Positions 1-14,123 are shown, numbered from the whole stretch's first letter. The stretch: DNA of 63,927 bases, filler included, from Octopus bimaculoides (GCF_001194135.2; 7 parts of 7 records of this genome joined end to end with filler, not necessarily neighbours in it), one strand, 5' to 3'. Translations and numbers: made by a program. The notes: a model not told the origin generated them from the sequence alone.

Positions 1-148
1 CATCATCATCATCATCGTTTAACGTCCGCTTTCCATGCTAGCATGGGTTGGACGATTTGACTGAGGACTGGTGAAACCGGATGGCAACACCAGGCTCCAG
101 TCTGATTTGGCAGAGTTTCTACAGCTGGATGCCCTTCCTAACACCAAC
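1..148 (-). mobile_element. 3' tail of an RTE-type LINE ((GAT)n end)
   Basis: Reverse complement of the tail at 9470-9650. Confidence 0.8.
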
Positions 149-471
149 ACGTATATTAACTCAGTGTTTATTGAACAAGAGAGGTGTGAAATTTAAGAAG
201 TGACTTGTTAGTATATATTTGTCTGTGGGAGACAAACAAGAATAGCAAAAATCTACTATACAAAAAGAACTGGTAATACATACATTACAGGTGTTCTATG
301 AAGAGAACACAAGGTTGCTGTATAATTCAACATGAATGTGAAACAACATTAAACATTGTATAAGGTAAATGAAGGTTTCTGTAGGAATGCTAAGTCATAT
401 TCACTTAGTGAGTTTTCATGTGCAAGGATCAATTATGATGTTGTCGTCGGCGTTAGATGCAGTAAGAGCTG

Positions 472-798
472 CAGAAGGCAGCAAGCTGGCAGAAATGTTA
501 GCACGCCGGGCGAAATGCTTAGCGGTATTTCGTTTGCCGCTACGTTCTGAGTTCAAATTCCGCCGAGGTTGACTTTGCCTTTCATCCTTTTGGGGTCGAT
601 TAAATAAGTACNNNNNNNNNNTTCGTTTGCCGCTACGTTCTGAGTTCAAATTCCGCCGAGGTTGACTTTGCCTTTCATCCTTTTGGGGTCGATTAAATAA
701 GTACCAGTTACACACTGGGGTTGATATAATCGATTTAATCCCTTTGTCTGTCCTTGTTTGTCCCCTCTGTGTGTAGCCCCTTGTGGGCAGTAAAGAAA
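472..798 (+). mobile_element. SINE (aaggcggcgagctggcag family) with target-site duplication
   Basis: TSD taagagctg at 463-471 and 799-807. Related copies near 1430-1620 (-), 3350-3540, 7200-7380 (-), 25990-26420 (-), 39740-40400 and 59090-59207. Confidence 0.75.
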
Positions 799-1022
799 TA
801 AGAGCTGGTGTCAGCGGTGATGAATTTCATTGTCCTAATATGGAGAAAGTGAGTAATACCTTTCTGGAGGCAAACACAAGCTAGACTTCTTAAGCAGAGA
901 AAAACTGATCCTATAAGGAAATTGCTGGGCTCCATTGCAATAGGTAGAAACTCCAAGCAATGTAAAATATGGCCAGGACTGTGATTACCAGCATGAATGT
1001 GAAACTTTAAATGGTTTTCATA

Positions 1023-1097
1023 AATTTATACAGAAAAAGTAAGCATTAATTTATACAGAAAAAGTAAGCATTAATTTATACAGAAAAAGTAAGCATT
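1023..1097. repeat. 25-bp tandem repeat, 3 copies
   Basis: aatttatacagaaaaagtaagcatt repeated three times. Confidence 0.9.
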
Positions 1098-1358
1098 ATA
1101 GTGTCCAGCATAAATAAAAGTCAGCTTCATTATATTTTTTGTGTAAAAACCTATTCTGACATTAAATGCGTAAACTTCCAGTACGAATGTTTATATTTCT
1201 GTCATTTTCCCCCCAAAAAAAATTTCTAAAAAAATTCTGGAAATGATCTACTTGAGTAATTTACGCACTAATGTTTATTTTTGTTTTTGTGGAAAAAAGG
1301 GCATAAATTACATGGTTTTTTTATGGTATGTGTGTGTATATATATTTATCTATGTATA

Positions 1359-1417
<59 letters not shown>

Positions 1418-2024
1418 CTTTTCTATTCTAGGCACAAGGCCCGAAATTTTGGGGTAGGGGCCAGTCAATTAGATTGACTCCAGTATGCAACTGGTACTTA
1501 ATTTATCAACCTCGAAAAGATGAAAGGCAAAGTCAACCTCGGTGGAATGTGAACTCAGAACGTAAAAACAGACGAAACATCGCTAAGCATTTTGCCTCTT
1601 GTGCTAATGATTCTGCCAGCTCATTCTTAAAGCGTTTACAATTATAGACAATATTTACTTGCTATTTTTGTAAAATATTTAAGAAGATATGTCTGTCTGA
1701 AGAAACCTTATTATATTTTAAAAGGCTAATTTGTTTATCTTAGACAAAACCCGTTTTTAGCGTAGAAACAGCTGTAACTTGATTTGTCATTTGTTTATAT
1801 AGAATTAATAAAATTGAATTTATCATTTAATTATTCAATTCATTATTTTGTTTCCATGTCTAATTTATATTGATATATTGATAAACCGATTGTTTATTTT
1901 ATTTACCTATCTGTTATGAGTGATAGTTCATAACAATGTTATTTATCTAGGTAAAAGACCAGTAAATTCTTTATATATTGAATATCCCTTAGGTAGTTAT
2001 TTAACCACTTGACTGAATTTTTAT

Positions 2025-2069
<45 letters not shown>

Positions 2070-3122
2070 GTGTGTGTGTGTCTCTGTTTGTCCCTCATAC
2101 TGGTTTGTTTATGCCCCTCTAACTTAGCAGTTTAACCACTTAACATTTAAACTGGCTATATTTGGCCAAAATATTCTATCTGTTTTATGTTCAAACTAGC
2201 CAGACCTGGCCTCTCACACTTATTCTACAATGTAATTCTAAAAATAAACAATCACATCATCAATCTCACAGCTACAAGATAATGCATGATTAATTTAGAA
2301 AATATGAATAAATAAGCATTACGTTTGACAAAGTAATTTGAATGCTTGAATGCTAAAGGGTTAATATAAGAGACTGATAGAACATGTTCTAGAGAAGCCA
2401 AAAAAAGAAAAAATGTATTGGGGTTGAATTTGTTTGACTTAAAACCATTCAAGGTAATGAGCTCAATAATTGAAACAAGAAGATAAAAAAACTGTTAAAC
2501 TGTTAGATAATGAATTTTCTGCTGGTGTGTGTTTCTGCAAATGTTACAATTTGGTCTTTAACCCATTAGCATTTAAACCAGCCATATCCCGTCCAAATAT
2601 TCTACCTGTTTCATGTTAATATCTCCCAGATCTGACTTTTTACACCAACCTTACACTGTCAGTCTAAAAATAAACAATCACATCATTGAAATCTCAGTTT
2701 GGAGATAATGCATGATTAATTCAAAGCAATGTGAATTAAATTAGACATAGTAATCTGAATGCTAAAGGGTTATCTCATTACAATAAAAATATCTTTTTAT
2801 CTAACTATTGTATTATAATCATTGTCATCTAATGTTCACTTTTCCATGCTTGCATGAGTTGGATGCAATTTATTGAGGCAGGTTTTCTATGGTTGGATGC
2901 CCTTCCTGTTGCCAACCCTCACTTGTTTCCAAATATTGCATCTATGATGGTGATGCTCATTTACAGCCATCTCATGATGTCAAATGAAGGATAATCACAA
3001 GAGTGCATGCACACGCATGTACACACACANNNNNNNNNNNNNNNNNNNNNNNNNNNNNNNNNNNNNNNNNNNNNNNNNNNNNNNNNNNNNNNNNNNNNNN
3101 NNNNNNNNNNNNNNNNNNNNNN

Positions 3123-3168
<46 letters not shown>

Positions 3169-4854
3169 GATGGGCTTCTTTTCAATTTCCACCTACCAAA
3201 TCCACCCACTTAGCTTTTCATCTTGTTGGGGTTGATAAAATGAGTACCAGTTGAGGACTGGAGTCGATGTAATTGATTAGACTCCTCCCCACAAAATTTC
3301 CAAGCCTTGTGCATACAGTAGAAACATCATTATGGCAGTGAGCAGGCAGAATTATTAGCACTTCATACAAAATGCTTAGGGGCATTTCTTCCAGCTCTTT
3401 ATATTCTGGGTTCAAATCCCACTGAGCTCAACTTTTATCCTTTTGGGGTTGATGCGATAAAGTACCAGTCAAGGTCTAGGGTCAATGTAATTGACTTGCC
3501 CTCTCCTCAAAAGTGCTGGCCTTGTGCCAAAATCTAAAACCATTATTATCATTATTATTATTAAGAAAACTGCATTGGTGATGACAGGTACAGATATAAA
3601 CTATTTTAACAATATAAAATTGAATTGAATACTTCATAGTATCAGACAGTTCAGTATGTAAAAGTGTTTTAGTCTGGGAAGCAATATGAAGGGCAGAGTA
3701 GCCTTGGCTTTTTCAACTTTCTAAACTGTTGATGTTAACCACTGCATAAATGGAAAACTTGGTTTCAAAGGGAATTCCAGAAGGCTGTAGTTCTGGAAAT
3801 AAGACCTGCTCAATGTGTTTGGTTAAGGATATGAAAGAAAAGCTGGTAAATTTGGTGTTCAGGTGGTGGGGTATGATTCTCTGATTCAGGAGTCATTGTA
3901 GTAGCTGTAAGACAAGAAAGTACACAACACCTTGTTGGTGGTGTTGAACCTTGGGTCAATTTTGATCTAGCATATCTTGATCTATGGATAAAAGGTTTCC
4001 AAGTATGATCATCTTATCATAGTAGTTCTAGATAAGCAAGGATAGAGTGCATTAGTGTTGTTAACTCAAGGTCACTCCTGATGTAGCACACTTATGATCA
4101 AAGAGTTTCTATTTTCAGGCATAAACAATCTCATCATCAAAATCTTGAGGCTATGAGATGTTTGAATAATTCAATGGGAGTAAATATGCATTACTTTTGA
4201 AAGAGTAATCTGAATGCTAAAAGGTTTAGACAAAGATGTGTCCTGTATTTAACAAAGTATATGATACAAAAGAGATTTGGTTGCTATATTTAGTAGATTA
4301 TGTAGCCATGTTGAAGCTCCTGCACATTAGTTAGTGATGTGTTTTTATCAGTGTCACTTTTCTGTGCTTTAAGAGTGTTTGTGTGCTCTCTCTTGGTTTA
4401 TGTGAGGTTTTGTACTTTGTAGAGAGCCATATAGAAGGTTAGAAAATGTTTTCAGAGTTGGAATTTGTTTATCTCTGGAATAGAACTACTTTGTTTTGAC
4501 CTAAACCAGTTGTTGAGACGTTGACATCAGAGGATTGTGATAAAGTTTTAGTTGAGTGTATGGGTTGGGTGGATGGGTATCTCTAGTAGTTTGATGTCAT
4601 TGAAGGAGATTAGCTGTTTTGTCTCAAAATTGTCTCTTATTTTCAAGGCTGATTTATAGTATTAATGTATTATTATTATTATTATTATACCTAGTTTATG
4701 GTGTCTGGGTTGTGTGTGAATGATACTTGTGTAGCAGCAAGTGGGTGATTGGGGTGTATGTGTGAAAAGTTATCAAGGAGTGAGAGTAATACTTTTTGAG
4801 TGTGATTAAGAGCAATAGAGTAGGTCATTAATATAGGGTTATATAGAATAGATT

Positions 4855-5250
4855 GTGGAGGCGCAATGGATCAGTGATTAGGGCAGCAGACTCGTGGTCA
4901 TAGGATCGCGGTTTCGATTCCTAGACCGGGTGTTGTGGGTGTTTATTGAGCGAAAACACCTAAAAGCTCCACGAGGCTCCGGCAGGGAATGGTGGCGAAC
5001 CCTGCTGTACTCTTTCACCACAACTTTCTCTCACTCTTTCTTCTTGCTTCTGTTGTGCCTGTAATTCAAAGGGACAGCCTTGTCACACTGTGTCACGCTG
5101 AATATCCCCGAGAACTATGTTAAGGGTACACATGTCTGTGGAGTGCTCAGCCACTTGCACGTTAATTTCACGAGCAGGCTGTTCCGTTGATCGGATCAAC
5201 TGGAACCCTCAACGTCGTAAGCGACGGAGTGCCAACAACAACAACAACAA
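4855..5250 (+). mobile_element. Full-length tRNA-derived SINE with (CAA)n tail
   Basis: tRNA-like head with A-box- and B-box-like motifs (gtggaggcgcaatgg...tttcgattcc), (CAA)n tail, and 14-bp TSD atatagaatagatt at 4841-4854 and 5251-5264. Second copy at 36799-37169. Confidence 0.9.
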
Positions 5251-5630
5251 ATATAGAATAGATTATTAATAGAAAGAAGTAAATTATGGGGTTCAGAATT
5301 GTGTCATCATCATCAAATTTCACTTTTCCATCAACTGCCCTATCTCCAGCAGAGATAGGGCAGTTGATCCTCGCCTTAAGGCAGTTGTGTGCCTTCTCCA
5401 CTCTCTGACTCAAGTGTAAGTCGTCCTTCTCTTGCTACATTTCCAAGAACATTGTCACACATCCTAACTTACCTCACTCATGAATTTTAAGAAAATTTTT
5501 CACACTGTAAACTTCAAAAGTATTTTGCTGTAAGATCTAATTTCTGTTCTGGATTTGAAAGGATCATTAAATATCCCTGAATTATTTTTTTTCATCTTCA
5601 GGTTTACCTTGATAAGCTCCCTAAATCAAC

Positions 5631-5842
5631 ATGTCTACCACAAATGGCTATGAAGGTTGGTGCTTACAGGATGACATCAGTCAGAATGACCCACAAATGT
5701 ATGAATTTATAAAACAGGAGAAACTTCGCCAGAAACAGGGACTTGAGATGATTGCATCTGAGAACTTCACCAGTAAGGCAGTTATGCAAGCTCTGGGGTC
5801 ATGCTTAACTAATAAATACTCTGAAGGTTATCCAGGACAAAG
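5631..5842 (+). CDS. SHMT1: Serine hydroxymethyltransferase, cytosolic type, first coding exon (exon starts at 5602 with 29 nt of 5' UTR)
   Basis: MSTTNG...[34 protein letters not shown](R) matches the SHMT LIASENF / NKYSEGYPG motifs. Acceptor ttcatcttcag ends at 5601; donor GTCAGA at 5843 (phase 2). In-frame TAA at 5622-5624 excludes an N-terminal extension through this acceptor. Confidence 0.95.
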
Positions 5843-8460
5843 GTCAGAATTTATTTCTTTTTTTTTTGTTTTTGTTTTTTTGCATCATCATCATCTTTTA
5901 ATGTCCATCTTCCATACTGGCATGAGTTGGACAGTTTGATAAGATCCAACCGAGGACTGTCACAAACCAATGTCTGCTTTGACATTGTTACTACTGCTGG
6001 ATGCTGTCCCTAACATGATGAGGGTAAATACAGACATATATATATATATATTTATTTCCCTCCACTAAATCTCCATTGATAAAAGCTTTGGCCCGCCGGG
6101 GACTATATTAGAAGACACTTGCCCACGCAGTCACACCAGTGTGTGACACTGTGGGCAACTGTATTAATATCCTAAATACGATCTGTTGTGTATTCTATAT
6201 TAATTGCTTTCTTCCGTGAAATATGGACAACGGTGGCCTGTTGGAGAAATGGGTCCCGCAAAGTGGAATGGCTGCTACAGCGAGTGTCACTAGCCATTCT
6301 CTGCAGCAGTGCCATCACAGTCATTACTGCCGGACATAGCTGAACACTCCACATGTTCTGGGATATGTGGCCCATTGCACCCTCTCCTCCATCTTCCATT
6401 GCTTTACCCCACCTTTTTTTCTTTCTTTTCCTTTCTCATGTCTCTCCTGTTTCTTTGTATTTAAATGTTCTAATAAAGTTTTTGAAGGTTTCATGATAAT
6501 AAAAAAAATGAAAAAGATTTAGGGCACATGGCTAGCAGTTTTGAGTTTGATCCTCCAATACTTGATTGGTACTTTAGCAATCTTGAAAGAGAAAGTTGGC
6601 TTTAATGAAAATTGAATTCAAATTGTAAAATATCTGTAACAAATACTGCGAGATATTTTTCCTGGTGCTCTGATGATTCTGTTAGCTTCCTACCCTATCT
6701 TTTATCTTTTACTTGTTTGTCATCAGACTGTGACTTTGCTGGGGCATTGCCTTGAAGAACTTTAGTTGAACAAATCGATCCCAGTCCTTATTTTTATTTT
6801 AAGCCTAGTACTTATTCTATCAGTCGTTTTTTGCCGAATTGATAATTTACAAAAACATAAACAGAGCAACAGTAGTTGTCAAGCAGTAATGGGGGACAGA
6901 CAAGGACAAAGATGCACACACACACACGACAGGCTTCTTTCAGCTTCTGTCTATGAAATCCACTCACAAGATTTTGGTTGGCATGAGGCTATAGTAGAAA
7001 GCATTTGCCCAAGGTGCCATGAAGTGAGACTGAACCGAGAACCACATGGTTGGGAAGCAAGTTTCTTACCACACAGCCACATGGGCTTTAGGGTTCATAA
7101 GTCCAGTTATTTGGTTTCCATGGTGTATGAATGACCAAAATCACAACATTCTCCTGAATGCAATGCTGGCTCCTTGCAGACTTTAAGGCCAGCAATTTTG
7201 AAGGGAGGAGACAAGTTTATTACACTAACCCCAGTGCTAAATTGTTATGTATTTTATCAGCCTCAAATGGATGAAAAGTCAAGTTGATCTCAGCAGGATT
7301 TGAACCTAGGACATTAGGAAATGGAAGAAATGCTGCTTAGGCATTTTGTTTGATGCCCTAATGATTCAGCTACCTCACCACCTTCACTCCCCTATTTACT
7401 CTGTATTAATGTGTTCAGTATGGTCTGTTGGCTATTTTGCATTAATTATATTGTGATCTGGTGATTATAGCACATAAATTAATATGCCAAGCAGAATTTA
7501 AAATGTAGGTGCACATTTAAATGACTCCTCACCATCATCATCGTCATCATCATTTAACATTCACTTTCCATGCTGGCATGGGTTAGATAGTTTGACTAGA
7601 ACTGGTAAGCCAGGGAGTTTGACAAATCTTCTCAGCACAACATCGCCAAAGGTCTCGGTCACTTGTCATCATCTCTGTGAGGCCCAACATTTGGAAGATC
7701 ATGCTACCGTACACTTTTCCTTGCTTGCATGGGTCAGATGGAATTTTATTGAGGAAGATTTTTTGTGGCTGGATGCCCTTCCTGTTGCCAACCCTTGTTT
7801 TGAAGCGATGTTTCCCATGACCAGACATGTTTTTCATGGAAGCCTGGAAACAAAAACACTGCTTGTATGGCAGTGATGCTTGTCTATAACCCTCTTTTGG
7901 TGTGCACACAATTATACACATACACACACATGTATACACACTCACACGTGTACATACACACACACACATTTACCTAACAGGCTTTTCAGTTTCCATGGAT
8001 AAATCCACTCACAAGACTTTGCTCAGCCTGGGATTACAATAGCAGATGCTTGCCAAGGGTGCCACAGTGGGACTGAACTGAAGACCACATGGTTGTTAAA
8101 CATGCTTTTCAACCAAACAGCCATTCTTGCACCTGTATGAATATGTCCAGTTTGGTCTGTTGGCTGTATTGCATTAATTACATTGAGCATGGTCTGCTGA
8201 TTACACTGCGTTAATTGATATGCCAAAGCAGAACTTAAAATGTAGGTGCATGTTAATGATTTATAATTTTGTGTAAATAAATGTGTGTTAAATAGTTGAA
8301 GTCTGTCTCTGATGAAAAAGTAAATGGAGGGAAGAATTTGTGAGGTTAAATCTGAGAACACTGAAGCTAAGCCTAATGATGTGTCACTGGATTAATATTA
8401 ATGAAGATAATGCTGTATGACATGACCTAGAGAAATAAGCTTTGATGCTGGTAATAATGA

Positions 8461-9650
8461 TATCACAGAGGAGTTCAAGACAGGTTGCCCCTGGGAGCTC
8501 CTCTATGCTGATGACCTTGCCCTAATTGCGGAGTCACTATCAGAACTAGAGGAGAAGTTTCAGGTGTGGAAGCAAGGTCTAGAATTGAAGGGCCTTAGAG
8601 TCAACCTAGCTAAAACCAAAATCCTAATAAGTAGGAAGGTAGATAAAACACAAACCCCTTCAGGTAGATGGCCCTGCTCAGTATGTAGAAAAGGAGTAGG
8701 TAGTAACTCTATAAGATGTACCCGGTGCAAGCTATGGACACATAAGAGGTGCAGCAACATCAAAGGCAGGTTAACTAGCAAGTTAGTTTTTGTTTGTGGC
8801 AGATGTTCAGGTGCAATAAANNNNNNNNNNNNNNNNNNNNNNNNNNNNNNNNNNNNNNNNNNNNNNNNNNNNNNNNNNNNNNNNNNNNNNNNNNNNNNNN
8901 NNNNNNNNNNNNNNNNNNNNNNNNNNNNNNNNNNNNNNNNNNNNNNNNNNNNNNNNNNNNNNNNNNNNNNNNNNNNNNNNNNNNNNNNNNNNNNNNNNNN
9001 NNNNNNNNNNNNNNNNNNNNNNNNNNNNNNNNNNNNNNNNNNNNNNNNNNNNNNNNNNNNNNNNNNNNNNNNNNNNNNNNNNNNNNNNNNNNNNNNNNNN
9101 NNNNNNNNNNNNNNNNNNNNNNNNNNNNNNNNNNNNNNNNNNNNNNNNNNNNNNNNNNNNNNNNNNNNNNNNNNNNNNNNNNNNNNNNNNNNNNNNNNNN
9201 NNNNNNNNNNNNNNNNNNNNNNNNNNNNNNNNNNNNNNNNNNNNNNNNNNNNNNNNNNNNNNNNNNNNNNNNNNNNNNNNNNNNNNNNNNNNNNNNNNNN
9301 NNNNNNNNNNNNNNNNNNNNNNNNNNNNNNNNNNNNNNNNNNNNNNNNNNNNNNNNNNNNNNNNNNNNNNNNNNNNNNNNNNNNNNNNNNNNNNNNNNNN
9401 NNNNNNNNNNNNNNNNNNNAAAAGACACCATTTCGAGCGTGGCCGTTTTCGTGCGGGTGACACGTAAAAGCACCCACTACACTCTCTGAGTGGTTGGCGT
9501 TAGGAAGGGCATCCAGCTGTAGAAACTCTGCCAAATCAGACTGGAGCCTGGTGTTGCCATCCGGTTTCACCAGTCCTCAGTCAAATCGTCCAACCCATGC
9601 TAGCATGGAAAGCGGACGTTAAACGATGATGATGATGATGATGATGATGG
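8461..9650 (+). mobile_element. 5'-truncated RTE-type LINE (RT C-terminus, gap, 3' UTR)
   Basis: CPWELLYADDLALIAES...GLRVNLAKTK...WPCSVCRKGVGSNSIRCTRCKLWTHKRCS contains the RT YADD motif plus a Cys/His-rich segment. The 3' UTR ends in (GAT)n. About 600 N inside. Confidence 0.9.
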
Positions 9651-9706
9651 TGGATATATATATATATATACGTATATATGTATATTTATATATATATGTA
9701 TATATA

Positions 9707-9883
9707 TCATCATCATCATCGTTTAACGTCTGCTTTCTATGCTAGCATGGGTTGGACAATTTGACTGAGGACTGGCAAGCCAGAAGGCTGCACCAGGCTC
9801 CAATCTGATCTGGCAGAGTTTCTACAGCTGGATGCCCTTCCTAACACCAACCACTCCGAGAGTGTAGTGGGTGCTTTTACTTG

Positions 9884-9885
<2 letters not shown>
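9707..9885 (-). mobile_element. RTE LINE 3' tail, tail-to-tail with the preceding copy
   Basis: Reverse complement of 9470-9650. Confidence 0.85.
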
Positions 9886-9932
<47 letters not shown>

Positions 9933-9960
9933 CATACACATACATACATATATATCTGTA

Positions 9961-10004
<44 letters not shown>

Positions 10005-11175
10005 CGTATATACATACATGTACATATATATGCATATACTCATATATTGTTTGTATCACGACAGAACGCACGCGTTACCTTTATACAGTAAGTTTTAACT
10101 ATTTTTCTAACGTGACTCTCTCTATTTCTATCTCCCCCTCTCATTCTTCCCTCTACTGTTCTTCGCCTCTACCTGTCACTACTTCTCTCTCTCTCTCTAT
10201 CTCTTGTTACTCGTCCTTCGCCTCTCACCGTTACTACTACTATCTCTCTCTCTCTCTCTCTCTACCTCTCATTGCTCACTTTTATTCTACTTCCTCCCCT
10301 CCTTTTCCCTCTACTACTCTTTCTCTTCACACAGCCTTGGTCACGTGTGNNNNNNNNNNNNNNNNNNNNNNNNNNNNNNNNNNNNNNNNNNNNNNNNNNN
10401 NNNNNNNNNNNNNNNNNNNNNNNNNNNNNNNNNNNNNNNNNNNNNNNNNNNNNNNNNNNNNNNNNNNNNNNNNNNNNNNNNNNNNNNNNNNNNNNNNNNN
10501 NNNNNNNNNNNNNNNNNNNNNNNNNNNNNNNNNNNNNNNNNNNNNNNNNNNNNNNNNNNNNNNNNNNNNNNNNNNNNNNNNNNNNNNNNNNNNNNNNNNN
10601 NNNNNNNNNNNNNNNNNNNNNNNNNNNNNNNNNNNNNNNNNNNNNNNNNNNNNNNNNNNNNNNNNNNNNNNNNNNNNNNNNNNNNNNNNNNNNNNNNNNN
10701 NNNNNNNNNNNNNNNNNNNNNNNNNNNNNNNNNNNNNNNNNNNNNNNNNNNNNNNNNNNNNNNNNNNNNNNNNNNNNNNNNNNNNNNNNNNNNNNNNNNN
10801 NNNNNNNNNNNNNNNNNNNNNNNNNNNNNNNNNNNNNNNNNNNNNNNNNNNNNNNNNNNNNNNNNNNNNNNNNNNNNNNNNNNNNNNNNNNNNNNNNNNN
10901 NNNNNNNNNNNNNNNNNNNNNNNNNNNNNNNNNNNNNNNNNNNNNNNNNNNNNNNNNNNNNNNNNNNNNNNNNNNNNNNNNNNNNNNNNNNNNNNNNNNN
11001 NNNNNNNNNNNNNNNNNNNNNNNNNNNNNNNNNNNNNNNNNNNNNNNNNNNNNNNNNNNNNNNNNNNNNNNNNNNNNNNNNNNNNNNNNNNNNNNNNNNN
11101 NNNNNNNNNNNNNNNNNNNNNNNNNNNNNNNNNNNNNNNNNNNNNNNNNNNNNNNNNNNNNNNNNNNNNNNNNNN

Positions 11176-11222
<47 letters not shown>

Positions 11223-12187
11223 CATACACACTTAACAGAATTCTTAGGTAGAACCAGTGTGACACATTTTGCAAAGTTGGACCTTGTGAATTACTGGTAT
11301 AATCCATCTGATGGGCTTCTACACAATTTCCTTTCGTTTTAATTTCACTTGTAGACTTGGTTGATCTGAAGCTAAGTAATGATACTTGCTGAAGATAGGC
11401 CACACATTGGGATTGAACTCAGAATTTCATGATTATGAAGTAAACTTCTTAACCACTATCTGTGTGTGTGTGTGTGTTTAAAAACATGTATGCATATTTA
11501 AATATATATATATATATATATATATACATACACACACACACACATATATGTATGTTGATGTACATATACATATATCATCATTTAATATCCATCATATGAC
11601 GATAATATAAATATGCATATACATGCAAATATATACATATATATATATGTATATATATATATATGTATATATATATATNNNNNNNNNNNNNNNNNNNNNN
11701 NNNNNNNNNNNNNNNNNNNNNNNNNNNNNNNNNNNNNNNNNNNNNNNNNNNNNNNNNNNNNNNNNNNNNNNNNNNNNNTATATATATATATACACACACA
11801 CACATTTGTGTGTATATGTGTGTACATATATTCACAATGTGTGTGTGTATATATATCCATCTGTGTGTATGTATGTATGTATGTATATATATATATATAT
11901 ATATGTGTGTCTGTGTTTGTCTCCCCAGCATCGCCTGAGTACCGATGTTGGTGTATTTACATCACCATAACTTAACAATTCGGCAAAAGAGGCCAATAGA
12001 ATAAGTACTGGGGTTACAATGAATAAGTCCTGGAGGTAGAATTGTTCAACTAATCGACTAGTTTTATGTATAGGGTGGCATTTATTTTGCAGTGTTTCAT
12101 AAACACGTCTGGTCATTGAGCTGCTTATTGTTTGAAGGAGTAGTGGGCAGGGGAGAATAATACCTTGCTTGAAAGGTATTATTACTA

Positions 12188-12625
12188 GGCGTAGGAGTGG
12201 CTGTGTGGTAAGTAGCTTGCTTATGAACCACATGGTTCCAGGTTCAGTCCCACTGCGTGGCACCTTAGGCAAGTGACTTCTACTATAGCCTTGTGAGTGG
12301 ATTTGGTAGACGGAAACTGAAAGAAGCCCATTGTATATATGTATATGTATGTGTGTATATATGTTTGTGTGTCTGTGTTTGTCCCCTCAGCATCGCTTGA
12401 CAACCGATGGTGGTGTGTTTACGTCTCCGTAACTTAGCAGTTCGGCAAAAGAGACCGATAGAAGAAGAACTAGGCTTACAAAGAATAAGTCCTGGGGTCG
12501 ATTTGCTCGACTAAAGGCTGTTCTCCAGTATGGCTGCAGTCAAATGACTGAAACAAGTAAAAGAGTAACGGCAGTGCTCCGACATGGCCACAGTCAAATG
12601 ACTGAAACAAGTAAAAGAATAAAAG
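12188..12625 (+). mobile_element. SINE (ggcgtaggagtggctgtgtggtaag family) with internal microsatellite
   Basis: Head ...ggttcagtcccactgcgtggcacc..., central (TA/TG)n, tail ...aatgactgaaacaagtaaaag. Other copies near 6725-7080 (-), 15405-15765, 21300-21660 (-), 34376-34722, 37627-38230, 45425-45820, 60637-60780 (-) and 62270-62480 (-). Confidence 0.85.
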
Positions 12626-12751
12626 AATATGTTTATATATACACACACCCATACACAGTGGCTCACGGGCGTATTTGTGTGGGTGCACATATATGTAGGT
12701 ATATGTGCATGTGTGTACATTTGCAAATGGATGTGTATAGATATGCAATTT

Positions 12752-12798
<47 letters not shown>

Positions 12799-13225
12799 CC
12801 ACACATGCAGCTATGCATGCTTACGCAGAACTAGGGTTGAGCAGTGAGTAAGAGTCAGGTTCCTGAATTTTCCCCTCTCCCCCACATCCACTCTTAATAG
12901 TCTCTGTTACATCTAATCTAACTTGTGTACTTCTATCACCAAGACAGGGAATTGTGTAGATGTTGCTTATCAAAACAAGCTACCTTTCCCTCCTCGTTGC
13001 CGCCCAATACCCATGTCTGTGTGCATGCATACACATATATACATACATAATTCAATGTATGTGCATGCATGCCAATATGTATGTAAATGTTTCAAAATTC
13101 CACCGACGTTGACTTTGCCTTTCATGCTTTCAAGGTCGATAAAACAAGTACCAGTTGAGTACTGGGGTGGGTGTATGCTGGCCTTGTGCCAAAATTTGGA
13201 ACCAATATTTACATGTGTTGTGCAG

Positions 13226-13277
<52 letters not shown>

Positions 13278-14091
13278 CTATATACATGTGTACATATGTA
13301 GTCAGATACAGGCATATTGTCTGCTTACTTTCATACACTGTCTTTTGTATGTAGCATGCACTCTATGTATACACACACACCCTCACACAGTCATTCACAC
13401 TCTCACTCATACTCACTCTCACTCAAACTCACCCTCTCACACATGCACGCACTCCTCACTGACTCACTCACGCACCCTCACTCACATGTATGCACTCACA
13501 TGCACACACTCGCACACACTCACATGCACTCACTCAACACTCACATGCATGCACTCACTCACACACAGATGTGCTGGTATGTAGACGTGCATATACATGC
13601 ACATAGATTCCTATTGCTACTACCACTACCAAACAACCACTACTACCACCACCACCACCACCACCACCACCATCCTGATTACATTCACCATCACCACCAT
13701 CCCCCAGTATAATCTTCCACTCATATCTCTGCCACCAGCATCACGTAACACCTATGAGTTCTTATCCTTCACAATCTGCCCCTTTCTGGATTCTCTTCAC
13801 TCTGAGTTCTGTGTGTGGGGGACTTTGTGTTCTGGTGGGAGAGGAACTGGTGCCGTCAAACAGCTGCTATGACAAATGAATTAGGCAACATCTTAGTTGT
13901 GAAGGAAGTATGAGAAGGATGATGGAAGCCTTGTATTATCTCTGTTGTGAGCAGACGGGTGGGTGGCAGCAGCTGAAGGGAAGTAATAAGGAAAATAAAA
14001 TACATGTATATATGTGTGTGTGTGTCTGGATATGTATCTATATTTATGTGTAGTTGGTATATATGTGTATGTATAAATGTTTGTGTGTGTG

Positions 14092-14123
<32 letters not shown>

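Noticed and set aside
531-710. Apparent tandem duplication around a 10-N gap (also 58581-58690)
   Set aside because: Identical sequence on both sides of a small gap is an unmerged contig overlap.
369-884. Reading frame restored by removing the SINE at 472-798
   Set aside because: Only about 59 codons before TAG, with no recognisable homology.
4855-4930. tRNA genes here and at 31860-31945 and 55273-55350
   Set aside because: Cloverleaf not intact and each is fused to a SINE body; they are SINE heads.
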